A stretch of DNA of 64,000 bases, taken from positions 6,820,001 through 6,884,000 of the forward strand of contig CATOCA020000001.1 of assembly GCA_951406725.2 (NCBI GenBank). The letters run 5' to 3'. The translations under genes and the position numbers were made by a program. Source of the stretch: Octopus vulgaris. Taxonomy: Eukaryota. Below are positions 1 through 12,267 of this stretch, one piece after another. The notes beneath the pieces are model-generated. The model ran no database searches. It saw only the letters and a list, made by a program, of their open reading frames with translations, and was not told the DNA's origin. Each line of letters opens with the position of its first letter. Positions within the stretch are counted from its first letter, which is position 1.

Positions 1-164
1 GATGAAGCAAGAATTAGCAATGAGGATGGTAGAAATAACTGATCCAGAGTTGCAACATCTGATCACCAAAGCTTGTGCTGTTGCATGCTTATGTTGTTGT
101 TTACACCAGTAGGTGGCCCTGGACAGTTCTAGTGTCATGATAGAAAGGGCTGAAACACCTACAG

Positions 165-927
165 AGCTGCTTTACTGCCCAAAAAGTGGTTGAGGAACCT
201 GTGGAATAGGTAGACCCAGAAAGACCTGGGATGAGGTAGTGAAGCATGACCTTCGAACATTAGGCCTCACCAAGGCAATAACTAGTGACCGGGACCTTTG
301 GAAATATGCTGTGCTTGAGAAGACTCGGCAAGCTCAAGTGAGACCATAACCTTGTAATTTATGACAGGGGTGTAACCAGCCCACTTATGCATACCTTTCC
401 TTCACTGGACACTATTCTCCACTTGCGGAGACCTGTTGAGGCAAATAATATTGAAATCAAATTCAATGACTGGCATCCATGCCAGTGGAGCGCTAAGAGT
501 ACCATACGAGGATGATCGTTGCCAGAGCAACAAGCTAGCCTCCATGCCGATGGCACGTAAAAAGCACCATTCGAGTGTGATCATTACCTGCGTCGCCTTA
601 CTGGCACTTGTGCTGGTGGCACGTGAAAAACATTTGAGCAAGGTCATTGCCAGAGCCACTGGACTGGCTCTCGTGCATGTGGCACATAAAAAGCACCATT
701 TGAGCGAGGCAGCTGCCAGTACCACCTGACTGGCCCTCATGCCGGTGGCACGTAAAAAGCACCCACTACACTCTCGGAGTGGTTGGCATTAGGAAGGGCA
801 TCCAGCTGTAGAAACTCTGCCAGATCAGATTGGAGTGTGGTGCAGCCATCTGGTTCACCAGACCTCAGTCAAATCGTCTAACCGATGCTAGCATGGAAAG
901 CGGTTGTTAAACGATGATGATGATAAT
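165..927 (+). mobile_element. 3' end of RTE-clade LINE (ORF tail + 3' UTR with internal repeats, (GAT)n tail)
   Basis: Encodes RPRKTWDEVVKHDLRTLGLT, typical of the RTE ORF C-terminus. Followed by a 3' UTR repeated many times in the window, ending in gatgatgat. Confidence 0.85.
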
Positions 928-1747
928 GAATTTAAAACTACAAGTCAAGTGAACAACGTCAAGTGATGTATAGAAGTGGATAACTTGGTTTGATGATTAT
1001 TTTTATAGATGTGGCCAAAGACAAGACACTACTGTGTAAAATAAAGAGGAAGGTTTTTCAAAGGATTCAAATTGATATAATCTGTACAAGATATCAATTC
1101 AGAAATTTTGAGATTTATGTAAGTTAGAATGGGATTATCACTATGTGATATTGTCTCAGATATCACCTTGAGATTATTATTTCCAAGTGACTAATCCATT
1201 ACAAAGTTTGAAATTTATGCTCAAAGATCACTTAATCAAAAATGAAGAAATATGCAATTATGTGCATCATCTCTAATAAAGACAATCTCTACAATGCTAC
1301 TCAGAAACAGCCTATTGGTTTCACAGCCAATATTTCTAAGATTATGATGATTCATCACCTCCTACTTTAACTTTGATCTCAAGACATCTGAAGATATATA
1401 AAACTAGGTCTCCTAGAAACCATTACCTTTATGTCACAAAGTGGCTTTCATGAAGGTCTAAACAGCATACAAACATTTCTCTTCTTTCTAAAGCTAACAA
1501 ATATAATATGATATAGAATTTAAATGAAAACTCTATGTTACTAAAAGTTTTAGGAAGATCTTTGAAAAATAAATAATTTATTGCCAAAAAGGAAACTAAC
1601 ACCATATGTATCTCTTTATAATTTGAAATAACAACAAATATTTTATGCTCTTGGTCTATAATTTAATTCATATGCTTCCAATTAATGTGAAAAAATGCTT
1701 TCAGTTCTTTTTTGGAAATATTGATGACAATCACTTTATTAAAACAA

Positions 1748-2960
1748 CTGAGTTGACAACTAAGTTCCTGCAGTCTTTTAAATTTTGGAATTTATTGCAT
1801 TTTTAAATTTTGGAATCTATTTTTTTGTTTCTAGTTAATCTTAGAAACTGAAATGTCAAGTTAAGAGAAACGAGCATTTTCAATACCTGCTTCTTTTTGC
1901 TTTTAATCAAGGCCGCAAAAGCTACTCGTGATATTTGTGCTGTGTATGGAGAGGGTACCATAGCTGAAAAAGCCACTCATGATACGTATGCCAAGTTCAA
2001 AAATGGAAATTTTGACCTTTAAAACATACCTTGTTCTGGCCGTCCAGTTGAGTTTGATGTAGATCGATTAAACCAACTTTTGCATGAAAATTCTCGTGAA
2101 ATGACAAGGGAACTGGCAGAGAAAATGGAATGCTCTCACACTGCTATAGAGAAGCATCTTCACTCGATGGGAAAGGTTCAGAAGTATGGAGCATGGGTTT
2201 TTGCATGTTCTAAGTGACAACAACAAAAATTAACAAGCCACAATCTCCACTGGTTTGCTTGCTCATCACCGCTCAACTCAAAGACACAAGCAACGATTTC
2301 TTGGCCGAATCGTTACTAGAGTCGGAAAATGGTGCCTGAACATCAATATGAAACAGCGTAAGGAATGGCTTAACCCCGGTAAATAAGGGACACTGCGTGT
2401 AAAACAAGATCTTCATCAGCGTAAAATGATGTTGTGTATATGGTGGGACTGGGAAGGAATTATCCATTACGAATTGATTGAATGGAACCAAACAGTCAAT
2501 GTTGAACTCTATGTTCAACAGATGGAACAACTCAACATGGCTATCCAAGAGAAAAGACATAATCAGCAGCATAAAGCTCTTCTGCTGCATGACAACACCC
2601 ACCCTCATATCGCCAAAATGACCAAGGTAGGCGTTCAAATGCATGGCTGAGAAGTGCTGCTACACCCACCATACTCTCCTAATTTGGCACCAATGGATTT
2701 CCACCTCTTTCTATCTCTTTCAAATGCTATGTGTAGAGTTTTGTTCAATAATGTTACAGAATTGAGAGCTTGAATCAATTTTTTGAGCCGAAATCGGGTG
2801 ATTTCTACCAACGAGGTATTGAAAAATCTTGTTGAACATTGGGAAGAAGTAGTAAACAACAAGGGTGAATGCATTATTGATCAATTAGTTGTTATTTTTA
2901 ATTAAACCTGTTAAAAAATTTAAATTAAAAAAAACGGCAGGAACTTAGTTGCCAACCCAA
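1748..2960 (+). mobile_element. Full-length degenerate mariner (Tc1/mariner, DD34D-type) transposon
   Basis: TIRs gagttgacaactaagttcctgc / gcaggaacttagttgccaaccc, with TA after the right end. Broken transposase reads MLCIWWDWEGIIHYEL, LLLHDNTHPH and YSPNLAPMDFHLF. Confidence 0.92.
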
Positions 2961-3171
2961 TACAATTCTTCAGTATTTATATCTCAAACAATTCCTGAAA
3001 ATTATAATTTAAAATTATCAATTTTATTGATACACATAAAAAGAAACAAAGTCCAACAATATACTAATGGGATAAAATTAAATAAATAACTGAACAATTT
3101 TACCATTATAAAAATTAAAAGTGAATTGTAAATATGTTTCAAAAATAATTGTGGCTTTGTAAAATACTTGC

Positions 3172-3423
3172 CTGGAATGTTGTAGTTTGATGACTTAGTC
3201 ACATTAAAATCTTCATTGATTACATGACACTCCCATGTACCAGTATTATTGAAGGAAGGATTGTTTATAGATAATTCTTCTTCATTATAAGTATTCTTAG
3301 TGGTGTTTCCCCATTTTTGCTTCAGTTCATATTTATGATTTGCTGGATTTCCACCAGATGCAGTGCAACTAATTATTATTTTATTTGTCTTTTTTGAAAT
3401 ATTAAAGTTTACTTGAGGAGGAT
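3172..3423 (-). CDS. Ig-domain exon 4 (of those visible) of a multi-Ig cell-surface/secreted protein
   Basis: 252 nt, phase 1-1. Acceptor ttttaag|at; donor cag|gcaagt (GC donor). Reads (Y)PPQVNFNISKKTNKIIISCTASGGNPANHKYELKQKWGNTTKNTYNEEELSINNPSFNNTGTWECHVINEDFNVTKSSNYNIP, with Ig B-strand C.A.GGNP and F-strand TGTWEC motifs. Confidence 0.88.
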
Positions 3424-5652
3424 CTTAAAAAAATAAAATAAAATAAAATAATCAAGGAACAGTTTCAATTTAGAAAATAGGATTAAAATGAAAAATTTCA
3501 GTTTCACACACATTTTAAATTCAGATTCTATGATTGTCATTGAACATGTTTCTCATACAGGATATCAAAGTAAAATACAGAAAGCAATCTAAACCACCAC
3601 AATCTTGGGACAATTTTAGCTTGGCCCTGTGGCTAATGAAATCTTTATAAGGTTTTTAAGATTTACAGGAGGTTGCAACAGTGAGATGTACTTCCATGCA
3701 GTATTTGTATCTAGATGGGTAGATTGTCCATTGAGAAATAACTGTATTCACCAGGAAGATAGTTTACTGAGGTGTACAGTAAACAAACAATTCATGAAAT
3801 TTCTACTAATAATATTCATAAAAATTGTCAACCCATACAGATATAAGAAATTAAAATCATTTCACAATGAAATTTCTTCACATAACATGCAAAAAATGCC
3901 TCTCAATAAGAGAAATTAGAAGCGTTCTTCAGTAGATCATGGGAAAAAGGATATATCCGTTCTTCATCACAATATCAATGTAGTGTTTAAATGTATCCAC
4001 TTAGGGTAATAGCATGATAGGAAGAAAGTGGTAAGATGCCAGACAAATGAAACCAAAGTAATTGAAAATACTGGGTCAAAAGATTCAAATATTAAGTTTT
4101 TATGTTGTTGAAGTTGATGTAGTTTTCATTCTGAGAACAAAATATAAATAAACCGAATAAAATAAATTATTGAAGTAAATACGTATATAGTACTGAGATG
4201 AACTTTTTAAATGAACTCTTTAAATTTAAACAGTTAGCTTTGCTTTTTTTGTCTTCCTATCATTTTTAATTAGAGCCCTCTATCCAAAGTTATGGGTTTA
4301 AAACCAAATAAACAGTTGTATATCTTTTGGTTAGATTTGAATGGAACCTTTACTTTTGATGCCCTTATCCATAGATGCTTATGATTTTCAATTGTACATC
4401 AGACATTATGCTTTTGTCTTGTCATCCCTAATCAAAGTTTCTCAATCTCTTCTGTAATGATATTTAGGGTTTTTTCATTTCCACACTGAAAAGTTTGATA
4501 AATGCATTATAAACATAACTCTTTGATTTATCCAAACTTGAAGACTGAATGTGACATCTTTGAAATTTGTTGTATTGATTTGATTGTATAACTAATACAG
4601 AATCTTTGTATGTTTCTAGGCGACTGTTTGTTGTAAAGTGGAGCTAACAGTGATTGGGGATTTCATTGCATACATATAGAAGAATACAGGTTATTTATTG
4701 CAGAAAAATATGGTCTCCAAATGACTGCTTATATTTGAAAAAATACTTCAATAGGATAGACACATTTTCTTGATGCTTTAAATCACCTCCTTTTCCTTCT
4801 CCTTCTTCATATCCACTCTCCATGATGGCAAGGAAGGGTAGTCACATATGGGACCTTACTGAGACCGCTGTTTTCATAGACAAGTTGGAAGACTATGCCA
4901 CATTTGGCTAGGTTTTGACTATGTTTCAATAGATAGATGTGCTTCCTATGACCAACCTGTACACAGAGTGTACTAAATGTATTTTAGTGTAGTACCACCA
5001 CTAGAGAAGTTGTCATATCTTTGGCTAGAGAAGACCAAATACACATCTTGACTCTATGCTTTCTCTGTTCATTTACAGCTACTTTACAGAGTGTATTGGG
5101 TGCATTTTATTGTGGAACCAGTATTAAAGACGAGGTTATGTCCTCAGCAAGAGAGAACTGAAGGGATCTCTTGACTCTATGCTTTCTCTGCTTATTTACC
5201 AACACCTTAACAGAGTGTATTGTAGATATTTTTTCTCATCACTATAAGAGTAGTGAGACTCAAAACTGCGACAGTGTCCAGTGGATGATGTTTATTTTCC
5301 TACTGTAAATGCCTCTCCCTGGCCACTCAGAAACTGGAGTTGCCCAAAAAAACATAGCTGAGCCAAAATGCACATTTTATTGCTACATTTTCAGAAATAT
5401 ATATATATTTAAATTGCTTAATTACTGGCAATATAAAGTGTATCTCACATTTTATTTGGAAGTTCAATAGTCTTGTATAGGCATTTTTATAAGTTATATT
5501 AACTAGTGACATATTTTGCAATAACTATTCAAAATATTGATCTAGTTTGTTTCCGAAAGTAGAACTTCACCAAAAAAAGAGCCCCCCCTCCCACCAATCA
5601 TTGTGAGCAAGCAAATCACATTAAAGTTGATGACTTGAAAACTAGATCAATA

Positions 5653-5747
5653 TGTCCCATTTTCCATGGGTGCTGTAAAATGAACTAAAAAAAACAAACT
5701 CTTTTATTAGTTCATTGAAATGTACAGCACCCATGAAAAATGGGACA
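5653..5747. repeat. Near-perfect hairpin / short inverted repeat
   Basis: tgtcccattttccatgggtgctgta pairs with tacagcacccatgaaaaatgggaca (1 mismatch in 25 bp), plus an inner aatgaactaa/ttagttcatt stem. Confidence 0.85.
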
Positions 5748-7744
5748 CTTCTATCAGTAAGAAGGGAAATAAATTTTGCTGGGTAACAACTCCTAAAAGA
5801 ATATGCTGAGTATCTACAGCTGGCAACTGATCTTGACGGAATCTTGAGTAATCATATGTTTGTAGATTATATATGTGTATAAGAAGTTATTTTGCATTTA
5901 ATTTAAGCATGCCTAAAGATGTGATTAATGTGTATTCTTCTCTGACATTATTGAAGTTGCATTTCCTTTCACAGCAGAAATGATTATGATGCTGCTGTCA
6001 TTAGGACAATTTGTGATGACATTCATTTCTTCTTAAAATATGTTTTGGTTTAAAATGTTTGCCTTGCTCAGTAAATTTTTGTCTTTCCAGGTTAGCTCAT
6101 ATTTTCCAGTTTTTTTAACAAACATTTTGCTGAAAATAATGATTTCTAGGTAGGAGATGTAATCAAAAGTTTTATTGAAAACTTAGCTTCTCTAATTTCA
6201 AAATTCAGTGAGCTACCTTCAGTTAAGGATAATAAATGAGTTAGGTTGGGTACATCATTAGCTTTGAGACATCTTCTATGTGAACTGCATTAGTCTATTC
6301 AAATTCAAAATGAGATAATGCTTCAGTGGCATTGAATATAAAATCAAAATTTTTAGGTTTTGAATTGTGTTTTGACAAATTTTGAGTTCAAATGTCTTAT
6401 TTATCAAGTTTCTATCCTAGGGAGAGATATTTCAATTAAATAGGTCTCTGTAAAACAAATTTGACACCTATCTATCCATTAATAGTGGATAAGGATACTG
6501 AAATATTACAGGAGAAATTAAATGTGCCTACTTAAAACCTAGTAAAAAGGATATCAATATTTAGAAATTGGGCAGTTGTAGATGTTTACAGAATACACCA
6601 TTTGAAGTAGGGTGGTTGTAGAGAGCAAAATATGGACTTCAGAGACCAGAAAAATTACAAACACCCATATTCATTTAAACTGGAGAAACTGATGTGATGT
6701 TTGGTCACAATAAATCCCTTAGTAAAATCAAGGATCAACAAACCCAAATTATCTTTCAGTTCTTTTGTTCATATTTACAGGTCATGCTCTTAATCTGAGG
6801 GAGTTCTTTTGAAGCTCAACAACAATATTGCACAGAATGGATCATCATCATCATCATCATCATTTAACGTCCGCTTTCCATGCTAGCATGGGTTGGACGG
6901 TTCAACTGGGGTCTGGGGAGCCCGAAAGCTGCACCAGTCCAGTCAGATCTGGCTATTCTTAAAGTAAATAGAGTGAATACAGCAGGGTCAGTGTTAGAAT
7001 AATGATTTTTTTAGAGATCAGTCAACAAAAATTATTTGCAGACATTATCTTTCACAAACTCTCCAAGACTGGTAAGACTGATACAGCCTATGTTCAGTTG
7101 TACACATCAATATCTACAGGCAAGTCATAGGTGGGAAGGGAATTTCACATTGTTCAACTCTAAGAAGGTTTGATTATGCATAGTGGTCAATGAAATACAG
7201 TATTGACGAGAAGAATGGGAGAGATAGATGTATTGGGTGAACTTGGATGGAGGTTGTTTAAAGCTAGGAGCAGTGATCGGAGTAATAATAATAAAAGAAG
7301 CAGAGAGAAGAGAAGCACATGTACGGGCGAAGGATGGTATGTGTAACTGAATCATTATCAATTAGGGGGCTTTCACTGAGAAAATCTGTCCTGGGTGTAA
7401 GAGCAGTAATTCTTTGTGGATCTTACTTGAATTTTATAGAAAATCAGTAATTGCTCAAAAGCTGAAATATTTTCTACTTCTGAAGCGAAAAGGTAGTCTT
7501 TAGGATACTGTTTCAGTTAGGTTATGTGGGTTTTCAGGATATATTACCAGAAATTGTGAAACCTACCTTTTATAGTGACTACGACCTTAATATTAATCAG
7601 TTTTGTCCTCTTCAGTTCCACACAAGCTGACTTTAGTTTTCCTTACTCTTAACTGATGAAGTAGTATTGATTTCATGACTACACTCCTTCCTTAAATAAT
7701 AAACCGCTTTACTGATCAAAAAGACTGAATTCCATTGCAGAATG

Positions 7745-8260
7745 ATTGGTGATAGGAAGGGCATTCAGCTGTAAAACCTATCACAACCCCCTAGCATAAA
7801 ACAAATCATATACACCAGAGAGAGATGATGTAAGGAATATCAGATGATGATGGACTATGACAAGTGGCAAGGGCTGAGGTGGAACAAATCCTTCTAACTC
7901 ATGCCAGCATGGAAAAATAGGCATAAGACAATGATAATAATGATGATGATCATCATCATAGTTTAACGTCCACTTTCCATGCTGGCATGCATTGGACGGT
8001 TCGACTGAGGACTGGCAAGCCAGAAGGCTGCACCAGGTTCCAATCTGATCTGGCATGGTTTCTACAGCTCGATGCCTTTCCTAATGCCAACCACTCTGAG
8101 ACTGTAGTGGGTGCTTTTTATGTGCCACCAGTATGAGGGCCAGTCAGGCGATACTGGTATCGACCACCTCGATTGATGCTTTTTATGTGTCGCTGGCACA
8201 GGAGCCAGCACTGGCAATGACCATGCTCCAGTGGTGGTTTTTACATGCCATCGACACAGG
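7745..8260. mobile_element. Tail-to-tail pair of RTE 3'-UTR fragments (+ then -) sharing a gat/cat microsatellite
   Basis: The plus copy ends in gatgatgat at about 7950 and the minus copy begins catcatcat...tttaacgtcc. Both match the element at 730-927. Confidence 0.75.
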
Positions 8261-8596
8261 GTTGCTTAAAGATGGTAAGAATATGACAAATCCATGCGTG
8301 TCGCTCACAAGTGAAGATGACTCACAAGTGAAGATGATTTTAGACACTTATGCAATCACAAGGAGACATAAATGCCCTCTCAGTGTACCCACTCTTGACC
8401 CAGTAGATCATCAAGGAGGTGTTGCTTGAAGAGAGAGAGGGCTGCACCAGCACTTAGCTGGTAGTCATTTTCAGCTGAGTAGACTAGAGCAATGTGAAGT
8501 GATGTGCTTTGCTCAAGGACACAATATGCCACTCAATCTGAGAATTTATACAAAGAAGTAAAAGACATTTGATGATGGTGAGGATATTAGTGATAA

Positions 8597-8597
<1 letters not shown>

Positions 8598-8650
<53 letters not shown>

Positions 8651-8670
8651 GAGGAGGAGGAGGAGGAGGA
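8598..8670. repeat. (TAG)n-(GGA)n compound microsatellite
   Basis: Directly visible, about 25 nt inside the intron from the donor of the 8694-8942 exon. Confidence 0.95.
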
Positions 8671-8693
8671 ACAAATATTTATATTTAACATAC

Positions 8694-8942
8694 ATTTCAA
8701 CAGGATATTAATTTCCTTTCTGGCTGTCAAATTTCCATTCCTTTCGCTCTTTGCAATGACAGTGCAGGAAACACGACTGATATTTTTACGATTAAAAGTT
8801 AATATAGAATTTGAAAGGAACGTTCGATTTTCATCCTCCAACCACACTTCTGGGGTAGGGTTTCCTTTTGCATTACAGTCTATAATGGATGCTTGATTCT
8901 CAAATAATGTCACATTCTCTGGTGCAGTAATATCAGGTGGAT
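8694..8942 (-). CDS. Ig-domain exon 3 of the multi-Ig protein
   Basis: 249 nt, phase 1-1. Acceptor ttttatag|at; donor t|gtatgt. Reads (Y)PPDITAPENVTLFENQASIIDCNAKGNPTPEVWLEDENRTFLSNSILTFNRKNISRVSCTVIAKSERNGNLTARKEINILLK, containing the C.A.GNP.P.V.W Ig motif. Confidence 0.92.
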
Positions 8943-9179
8943 CTATAAAATTAAAAAAAAATTAATTAATGAAATTTTTAAATATCACACACTGAAAACT
9001 TTTGAAGAAACATCCTGAAACACTTTGCTATAAATTATTATGAAATTTGTTTAATTCTTTGAATCCTAACATTCTGTCAGGTGTGCCACAATACCAGCCA
9101 TCTACATGAAAATCACAAAAACACTGAAAAAATAAGGCAAATTCAACCGGAAAAAATGTAATAAATATAATACTTTCTA

Positions 9180-9355
9180 CTATAGGTGCAAAGCCTGAAA
9201 TTTGGGGGAGGAAGCTACTTGATTACATTAACCCCAATGTTGAACTGGTGTTTATTTTATCACTCTGAAAGGATGAAAGACTAAGTCAACCTTTGTAGAA
9301 TCTGAACTTTGAATGTAAAGACAAATGAAATACTGCTAAGCATTTTGTCTGGGGT
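9180..9355 (-). mobile_element. SINE fragment (abundant family, also clustered at 34640-36160 and at 42580-42760)
   Basis: Shares the motif aaaggatgaaag(g)caaagtc(g)acct...gaatttgaactc with the other copies. Confidence 0.7.
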
Positions 9356-10009
9356 GATAAATATAAATTATGTTTAATTTGTCAAGAGATATCTTTCACA
9401 TCACTCCCTTATGTCTTCTGTCTTTGATCACAAAATTTTTCAGTAGTTATTATCTCCAGTGCAAATAAACAAGAATATATTCTTATCTTTCACACCCCAA
9501 TCCTGTCCTCACTACCCTGCCCCTTGTAACAATGCCATCCTGTTGTCCCTCACCTCCTCTATATACCCAAGTTTCACCAGTCACCATATTCCCCTTCTCC
9601 CTGCTCTCTGCATTCATGTCAAGTCCTTACTTCCTGCTCATGCACCCTTGGAAATATTCTACCATCCCATTTATATTTCGATCCCTGTACCTTGAGGTAT
9701 GCCCTGGCACTTCATCACCATCACTCTCTCTCTCTCTCTCACCTTTCTCACTCTTGCTCTCTCTCACCCTTTTCTCTCATGTTCTCTCACACTCTCACTC
9801 TCTTCCAGTCTCTCTCTCATTCTTGATCTTTCGTCTCTCTTCTCTCTCTCGGTCTCTCCCTCTGACTGGATAACCATGTATCTCCTCTACACCAACACAC
9901 CAGTTTCTGTCCCTCTGTCACACTATAACCTCTCATCACCTGACACAAACCCACCTCCTCCAATACAGAAGATCTTTGTGTAGTGAATTACTGAATGACT
10001 CCAGCAGAT

Positions 10010-10212
10010 CTGGTGCCAAATAAAAAGCATCCAGTTCACGTTGTAAAGTGGTTGGTGTTAGGAAGAGCATCCAGCCATAGAAGCCATGCCAAAACAGACA
10101 GTGATGCCTGGTGCCAGCTTCTGGCTTGCTAGATCCAGTCAAACTGTCCAACTCATGCCAGCATGGAAAACGGATGTTAAATGACAATGAAGATGATGAT
10201 GATGATGATGAT
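10010..10212 (+). mobile_element. RTE 3'-UTR fragment with (GAT)n tail
   Basis: gtggttggtgttaggaagagcatccagc...catgccagcatggaaaacggatgttaaatgac...gatgatgat, matching 770-927. Confidence 0.8.
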
Positions 10213-10917
10213 ATTCATTCTCACAATTATAATCAGAATATGATGCATTTATCTTTGATATATTATCTTTTTGATAGAGAATTTCTTTGTGTTGACCAAC
10301 CTCTCTTCATGTGACGTATCTATTGCTGGCAGATCCCAAGCATTCTATCAATAGTCTCTGCACAAAAGGCTTCCTGAAGTAAATTTTACAAGAGAAACTC
10401 GATAAGAATAAGCTTTGAGTATTTGGCAACAATTAAATAAAACAAGAACTACACATGAATTATACATAAAGCTATTTGGGAGCCTTTATACAGTAGCTCA
10501 ACCTGCCTGAAATAGAAGCCAAATTTCCTTTACATCATTCCATGTCTTAAATACACTATGTTTGAAAAAATAGTGTAGGACAAAAGTCCATCAAACATGT
10601 TAACTGTTGTAACTATTTTAAGTAGGCAATGATTGTAACAGAGAAAATATTCGGCATTTTTTAAATTTTAGTGTCATACTAATTAAAATTGCTGTCTTCC
10701 ATTCATAGTCTTGTTCTTCCAGGTGCAATTGACACATAGTAAGCAACCAACACATTCTGTTAAGTGGTTGGCATTAGGAAAGGCATTCACTTGTACAAAC
10801 CATGCCATAACAAACGACTGGAGTTTGGCCAGTTGGCAAGTTCCATGTCAAACTGTCCAACCCACAGCAAGGAAAATGTAAGTTAAATGACAATGATAGT
10901 GTATATATATATATATT

Positions 10918-10960
<43 letters not shown>

Positions 10961-11049
10961 TAATAAATGAAATAAAACATATGCATATATATAAACATAT
11001 ATGTACGTACCTACCTCTACATGTACACATACACGCATATATGAGTACA

Positions 11050-11700
11050 GGACACCAAATGGACGTCGAACACAAAGAGAAACGAAAACATAGACACAAA
11101 CCAAAGGAACTGGACATTTTTTTAAAAACAACAAAAAAACAAAAAATGGAGTACAGGACAATTAACACAAAGAAAAAACCCCTTCTTCAGTCGCTATGGT
11201 TTCATCTACTCTACGTTTCGAAGGATAAAAGCGAGACATATCTTCGACAAGAAACTTTCCTTCCTGTGAAAAGCAAATCAATTAAAATTCTGAGATCTTT
11301 TCGCAGAGGGGTAAAAAATGGTAAAAAAATGGTAAAAAAACAGGACAGTAACGACAGTACAAAAATATAAACAGTAAAAGACAGGACAGGGAAAAACAAG
11401 ATAAGAAGGGCTATTGACGCCGAACGAAAAAAAGTATTGCAAACGCAGAGAATTTTTGTGAACGACAGGGGAATCAAGCATTGGACAATGTAGATGATGA
11501 TAAGTCCAGGTATTTTTTGAAAAATAACTTTCATTATTCTGTTGTGTCTGGGGAGAGTCATTTTCTTTTTGTGCCTTATGATATAACACACGCACCGGGA
11601 CAATTTCCACTTATTTCTTATTTTTATTTTCCTAAAATTTTCATTGCATCTTGCAACCTTTTCAATAGTCTTGACTGTCCGTTATTTACACTGAGTTCCT
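11050..11700. repeat. Interspersed repeat, probably Penelope-associated (partial copies at 50250-50312, 51598-51780, 54860-54930)
   Basis: The segment gtgtctggggagagtcattttctttttgtgcctta...acacac(t/g)caccgg recurs in the window. This copy lies next to the Penelope-like fragment. Confidence 0.6.
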
Positions 11701-12267
11701 TTTTGTTTGTTTGTGCACATGTGTGTGGGTCAGTGTGTGTGTGTGCATGCACGTATGTATGTATGTGTGTATGCATGTATGCAAGTGTGTGTAAGTATAT
11801 ATGTGTGTGTATGCATATGTAAATATGTAGGTATGTGTGTGCATCTGTATGTATGTATTCTGCATATTCATGTGCTTGCATATCCGTGTTTGTGTATTTT
11901 CTATGTATGTGTGTGTGAGCATGCGTTTGTATATGTATGCAATTCTGTCTCCTTGTCTATGCATGTCTGTGTGTGTGTTTGTGTGTGTTTGTTTTGCAAC
12001 TATGTACCATGTTTATATGTATGGATTTGTATCTCTATATGTGTGGACCCGTGTCTCCATATGTGTCCTTGTGTGGAGTAAAGTGTGTGTGTGTATATAT
12101 GGTCATGTGTGTCAGTCTCTATTTGCGTATGTGTGCTTGTCTGTTCTTATAACCTATGTACCTATCCGTCTGTCTGTTGATCTGTTTATTTTCATATCCA
12201 GATGCTTACATACAAAAAAGGAAATCACACATGCATACACAACTGTGGTATGGAGGTATGGTGTCTA

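Noticed and set aside
436-790. Spaced repeats (ggtggcacgtaaaaagcaccat) resembling a CRISPR-like array
   Set aside because: Internal subrepeats of the RTE 3' UTR, present in every copy of that tail. The spacers resemble each other, there are no cas genes, and the context is eukaryotic.
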